IMG/VR virus record: IMGVR_UViG_3300045988_066297
Strand: one strand, 5' to 3'
DNA: 40,914 nt
Source: a virus
Of the stretch, positions 37,828 through 40,914 are shown piece by piece; the first letter of the stretch is position 1, and every line of letters begins with the position of its first letter. The position numbers were made by a program, and so were the translations under genes. The notes under the pieces were generated by a model, which made no database searches, was not told where the DNA came from, and saw only the letters and a program-made list of their open reading frames with translations.

Positions 37828-38259
37828 ATGGATAAAAAGACTTTTTCCCAATATGAAAGCCAATCAGTAAACAGGATAAGAGAACTGATTGCGACTCGAT
37901 GTAATGGGAGCCAACAGGAGTTTGCAGACAGAACCCACATAAGCAAGGCGTCTATTTCGCAATACGTAAATGGGAGGAACACACCTTCCAATCTGACAGC
38001 TCAGAAGATCGCAGACGCCTTTATGGTAGACCCAGCGTGGGTGCAAGGTTTTGATGTTCCTATGAAAGAACAGACCTACTACACCAACCCTGAGACAGCT
38101 GCTAAAGCGCAGGAACTTTTCGACCGGCCAGGAATGCGAATTCTATTTGACGCAGCGCAAGACGCAAAGCCAGAAGACTTGCGAAAAGCAGCCGAGTATC
38201 TTGAGTTTCTAAAATGGGGCGGAAAACAAATTGAGTACGAAGCGCATAAGGAGATGTAA
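37828..38259 (+). CDS. CI-like repressor (XRE-family HTH)
   Basis: SQQEFADRTHISKASISQYVNGRNTPSNLTAQKIADAF is an XRE HTH. 143 aa, divergent from the cro-like gene. Confidence 0.8.
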   Translation: MDKKTFSQYESQSVNRIRELIATRCNGSQQEFADRTHISKASISQYVNGRNTPSNLTAQKIADAFMVDPAWVQGFDVPMKEQTYYTNPETAAKAQELFDRPGMRILFDAAQDAKPEDLRKAAEYLEFLKWGGKQIEYEAHKEM

Positions 38260-38636
38260 TGAAAAGATTATTAGTATTGGTAGCGTCACTAGTTATTGCT
38301 TGTTCAGTACCAACTCATGCTGAATATAACGAGCATAGACATAATCCATATAAAACGGCGAGTGAGTCACTAGCTTACGAAGTTGGGTATGATAACGGAT
38401 ATTTCGACGGGCAGGAAGACGGTTATGATTCTGGTCTCGATGATGGGCGCGAAAATGGATATCCAGAAGGTGAAAGTGAAGGATACGAAAATGGATATAA
38501 AGAAGGGTATGATAAAGGCAGATACGATATGCGTATCGAGCAAGAACGGCACGACAGCACCATCAGAATCTTGGTTTTTATCGGCGGCGTGATTGCCTTT
38601 ATTGTGTATCAGTTTGAGAAGAAAAAGTTTGAATAA
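38259..38636 (+). CDS. Lipoprotein with acidic G-Y repeat region and C-terminal TM anchor (lysogeny-expressed; exclusion candidate)
   Basis: Signal peptide plus lipobox MKRLLVLVASLVIAC. Repeats GYDNGYFDGQEDGYDSGLDDGRENGYPEGESEGYENGYKEGYDKG. C-terminal helix ILVFIGGVIAFIVYQF. The start overlaps the repressor stop (TAATG). Confidence 0.6.
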   Translation: MKRLLVLVASLVIACSVPTHAEYNEHRHNPYKTASESLAYEVGYDNGYFDGQEDGYDSGLDDGRENGYPEGESEGYENGYKEGYDKGRYDMRIEQERHDSTIRILVFIGGVIAFIVYQFEKKKFE

Positions 38637-38645
38637 GGAGGAATT

Positions 38646-38735
38646 ATGGAACGCAGAGTAGCTTGCTACATCCGTGTGAGCACTCAGGAACAGGCCACGC
38701 ACGGATTTTCTGTAGGTGAAAGGAGGTGCGTATGA
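38646..38735 (+). pseudogene. Remnant of a serine recombinase N-terminus (29 codons)
   Basis: AAGGAGG RBS then ATG. MERRVACYIRVSTQEQATHGFSVGE matches the catalytic N-terminus of serine integrases (..VA.Y.RVST..Q...GFS...Q). The match breaks at the AGGAGG RBS of the tyrosine integrase. The stop TGA overlaps the int ATG (ATGA). Confidence 0.65.
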
Positions 38736-39787
38736 AACTACCAAATGGATATGGAAGCGTATCAAAAATGTCCGGTAAGCGTCGGCATCCATGGCGGGTA
38801 AGAAAAACTACTAAATGGGTTCTCGATCCTGTCACGGGAAAAGCTAAACAGCAGAGCATTGTCGTCGGATACTATGCAACCAAGGCCGAAGCGCTACAGG
38901 CATTATCTGAATACAATAAAGACCCATTCGATCTGAAGTTCAGTAGCAAGACTATGAAGGAAGTCTACGAAGAATGGTCTGAGCGCAAATTCACGGAGAT
39001 CTCTGATCAGAACATTAAGGGATATAAAGCTGCATGGAAGCTTTGTGAACCAATTCAAAATATGCGCTTCGTAGATATCCGCATCGATCATCTTCAGAAG
39101 CTCGCGGATGAATCCGGTAAAAACACTCCGACACTAAAAAAATTCAAAGTGATGCTGAAGGGCCTTTTTGATTATGCCGTAGTTCATGGAATCATCACAC
39201 AGGACCGGAACATCGTTTCATACCTGGACATTACTCATGCAGGAAATCCGAACGCACGAAGTCATACACCATTCACCACCGATCAGGTCGATCGGCTGTG
39301 GGAAGCTCACGAAAGCAACGAATATTACTCTATCATCTTAATGCTGATCTATACCGGGCTTCGTATCGGTGAGCTGCTGGATCTCGAGAAAAAGGACGTG
39401 CATCTCGATGAACGATGGTTCTTTGTGAAGGAATCGAAAACGGACGCCGGCATCCGATCGGTGCCAATCGCGCGCAAAGTGATGCCATTTTTCGAATACT
39501 GGTACGCAAAGAACGATTGTCCATACTTGATCAGCACACCTGATGCTCGACATTTTGAGTACCGGAACTATTTCGACTCGTATTGGAAACCACTGTTAAA
39601 GCACATCGGGATGGAATCCCATCGGCCTCACGACACCCGCCACACCTGCATATCCATGCTGACGGCAGCCAAAGTCGATGAACGTTTTATTCAGAAGATC
39701 GTCGGGCATAAAGGACAGAACGTGACCCAGCAGGTCTATACTCACCTCGAAATAGAGGAGCTGATTGCTGAAATCGACAAAATATAA
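38732..39787 (+). CDS. int: Tyrosine integrase
   Basis: LIYTGLRIGELLDLEKKDV (Arg), HDTRHTCISML (H-x-x-R), GHKGQNVTQQVYTHL (His and Tyr nucleophile). The ATG at 38732 is 5 nt after AGGAGG. Confidence 0.9.
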   Translation: MKLPNGYGSVSKMSGKRRHPWRVRKTTKWVLDPVTGKAKQQSIVVGYYATKAEALQALSEYNKDPFDLKFSSKTMKEVYEEWSERKFTEISDQNIKGYKAAWKLCEPIQNMRFVDIRIDHLQKLADESGKNTPTLKKFKVMLKGLFDYAVVHGIITQDRNIVSYLDITHAGNPNARSHTPFTTDQVDRLWEAHESNEYYSIILMLIYTGLRIGELLDLEKKDVHLDERWFFVKESKTDAGIRSVPIARKVMPFFEYWYAKNDCPYLISTPDARHFEYRNYFDSYWKPLLKHIGMESHRPHDTRHTCISMLTAAKVDERFIQKIVGHKGQNVTQQVYTHLEIEELIAEIDKI

Positions 39788-39823
39788 TTTGTGCCATACG
39801 TGTGCCATACGTGTGCCATACCG
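39788..39823. repeat. Tandem 11-bp repeats GTGCCATACGT x3 (candidate integrase arm-type sites)
   Basis: Copies start at 39791, 39802 and 39813. The 24-mer TTTGTGCCATACGTGTGCCATACG (39788-39811) recurs exactly at 39983-40006. Confidence 0.6.
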
Positions 39824-39877
39824 TGAAAAAATCGCCCGTTATCAGAAGAGATTTCAAAATTAATAAAATAAGAAAAG

Positions 39878-39917
39878 CCCTTGGAAATGCTGGATTTCCA
39901 AGGGTTCTGTTCTTTTT
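39878..39917. terminator. Bidirectional rho-independent terminator between int and the end of the late operon
   Basis: CCCTTGGAAAT-gctgg-ATTTCCAAGGG forms a perfect 11-bp stem. It is followed by TTCTGTTCTTTTT on plus and preceded by an A-rich run, which is T-rich on minus. Confidence 0.8.
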
Positions 39918-39982
39918 CGATATACGGTTTGTATTATCTCTTTGAGAACTACAACCAACGCTTTTGCGTTAGTTTATGGCTG

Positions 39983-40006
39983 TTTGTGCCATACGTGTGC
40001 CATACG
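39983..40006. repeat. Second cluster of GTGCCATACG repeats (x2), same orientation
   Basis: Exact 24-bp copy of 39788-39811, 195 bp away, flanking the terminator-containing spacer. Confidence 0.6.
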
Positions 40007-40082
40007 CAAAATGCAAATACAAACTAAGCGACCGTCTCCGCGAAGGCGAGTGCAGGAAAACCTTGAGCCGGCTCCTTGTTGC

Positions 40083-40283
40083 CTAGAAATAGTAGTTGTT
40101 GCTCTCAGAGCCAAATTCCACAACGTACGTCTTCTTATCTATGACGTTATCGGTTTTAAACAGGTTATGCTGTTCAGTGACTCTGACTGCAAAACCCTCG
40201 TTTCTGAGCTTGTCCGCAAAGGCCATACCGAGCGCAACGTCAGCTTCACCTATAAATGTTCCTCTTCCATTTATCTCGAACAT
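40083..40283 (-). CDS. Small hypothetical protein, last gene of the late operon
   Basis: I prefer the ATG at 40283, with an AAGGA RBS overlapping the upstream stop, giving 66 aa (the ORF-track start at 40361 would overlap the fibre gene by 68 nt). Confidence 0.4.
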   Translation of the reverse strand: MFEINGRGTFIGEADVALGMAFADKLRNEGFAVRVTEQHNLFKTDNVIDKKTYVVEFGSESNNYYF

Positions 40284-40293
40284 AGTTTTATCC

Positions 40294-40914
40294 TTAGTAA
40301 TAGCCCGCAGCGAAACCATCGACAGAGTACCTTTCAACCGGAAAATATATTGTTTTCCCATTTATTAATTTTGAATTAGCGGTTATCGTCACGGTCCAAT
40401 AATTCGTATTTACGCCTTCCACTATAAGCATGACATATGCCCCGTTTTTATCTAAAGCACCAGAAATAAGACTGTCGATACTGCTGCCACTCTGAGAATA
40501 ACATACATGTGCGTATGTCTTTGGGAAAAAATCAAATGTTACATCATAGTGTTTAAGACTTCTCGCTCCTCTACTGGTGTCATATGAAATCATACCGCTG
40601 TTACTCGCGACCTTCCCAGAAAACATTTTTTGAGCGAACTTCTGAGCATTACCAGCCACACCGAAAATCGTCTTACCACTCACAATGTTCGAGGCTACTA
40701 GATTGGCATCGCCTTTAACCGATATATCCCCAGTCATGTATTTACCGTTGCATGCTACTGTTTTATTTGAGCTTGACGGTGTAATGGTCTGAGCACTCAT
40801 TGACTCAATCGTTCCGGTTAATGGATTACCATTCGCATCGACAATAACCTTTCCCTTGAGTACATCATTAGCTGTTGCGGTTACTGGCTTTAACTTTGAC
40901 TTTCCACCACCGCC
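40294..40914 (-). CDS. 3' part of the wrap-around fibre/receptor-binding-like protein (5' end at 128-1)
   Basis: The frame is open from 40914 to the stop at 40294. ...TGTIESMSAQTITPSSSNKTVACNGKYMTGDISVKGDANLVASNIVSGKTIFGVAGN resembles repeat segments of phage fibre proteins. Confidence 0.6.
   Translation of the reverse strand, partial: GGGGKSKLKPVTATANDVLKGKVIVDANGNPLTGTIESMSAQTITPSSSNKTVACNGKYMTGDISVKGDANLVASNIVSGKTIFGVAGNAQKFAQKMFSGKVASNSGMISYDTSRGARSLKHYDVTFDFFPKTYAHVCYSQSGSSIDSLISGALDKNGAYVMLIVEGVNTNYWTVTITANSKLINGKTIYFPVERYSVDGFAAGYY
40814..40914. repeat. Terminal direct repeat, copy 2 (identical to 1-101)
   Basis: Exact 101-bp identity with the start of the window. Confidence 0.95.

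Noticed and set aside
39788-40006. Short tandem repeats as a CRISPR array
   Set aside because: The units are only 11 bp, directly abutting with no spacers, and sit next to an integrase. Arm-type binding sites explain them better.
1-40914. tRNA, tmRNA or rRNA genes
   Set aside because: Reading the intergenic regions on both strands, I could not find any cloverleaf-compatible segment or conserved T-loop (GGTTCGAATCC-like). This is a by-eye scan only.

Overview
The window is a complete temperate phage genome. Bases 1-101 repeat exactly at 40814-40914, and one ORF reads in frame across that junction, so the molecule is circular or terminally redundant with 40,813 unique bp. The host is probably a Gram-positive Firmicutes/Clostridia-type bacterium. 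The evidence is a Prp protease with L27-like cleavage motifs, a Phage_holin_4_1-type holin, and a CHAP endolysin with CW_binding_1-like repeats. Almost all genes are on the minus strand. An early operon runs from 37687 down to 26872: Cro-like regulator, excisionase-like HTH, HD hydrolase, ERF annealase, NinB-like protein, HNH, replisome-organizer-like protein, a RAMP-like protein, a frameshifted PAPS-reductase/CysH-like gene, a HAD-Lar fusion and a DUF4406-like protein. A late operon runs from 26709 down through base 1 and wraps to 40083: TerS, TerL, portal, Prp, structural proteins, a 3,805-aa polyvalent protein, scaffold, N4-gp56-like major capsid protein, holin, endolysin and fibre-like proteins. 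I saw no tape measure or tail tube gene, so the virion may be podovirus-like. The plus strand carries only the lysogeny module at 37828-39787: CI-like repressor, a lipoprotein, a 29-codon serine-recombinase remnant and a tyrosine integrase, followed by an attP-like repeat region. The main second-look items are: (1) the giant MTase/Strawberry-notch helicase/zincin/TM protein in the minor-head-protein slot; (2) a RAMP-like gene next to the CysH-like gene, behind a ~560-bp ORF-free repeat-rich leader, which loosely recalls type IV-B CRISPR-Cas; (3) four late promoters sharing ATAG(G/A)TCGGT exactly 22 nt upstream of a -10-like hexamer; (4) a near-identical KLNLHAF Prp site on scaffold and capsid; (5) an integrase-swap scar. 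All functional calls come from reading motifs by eye. No database search was run.
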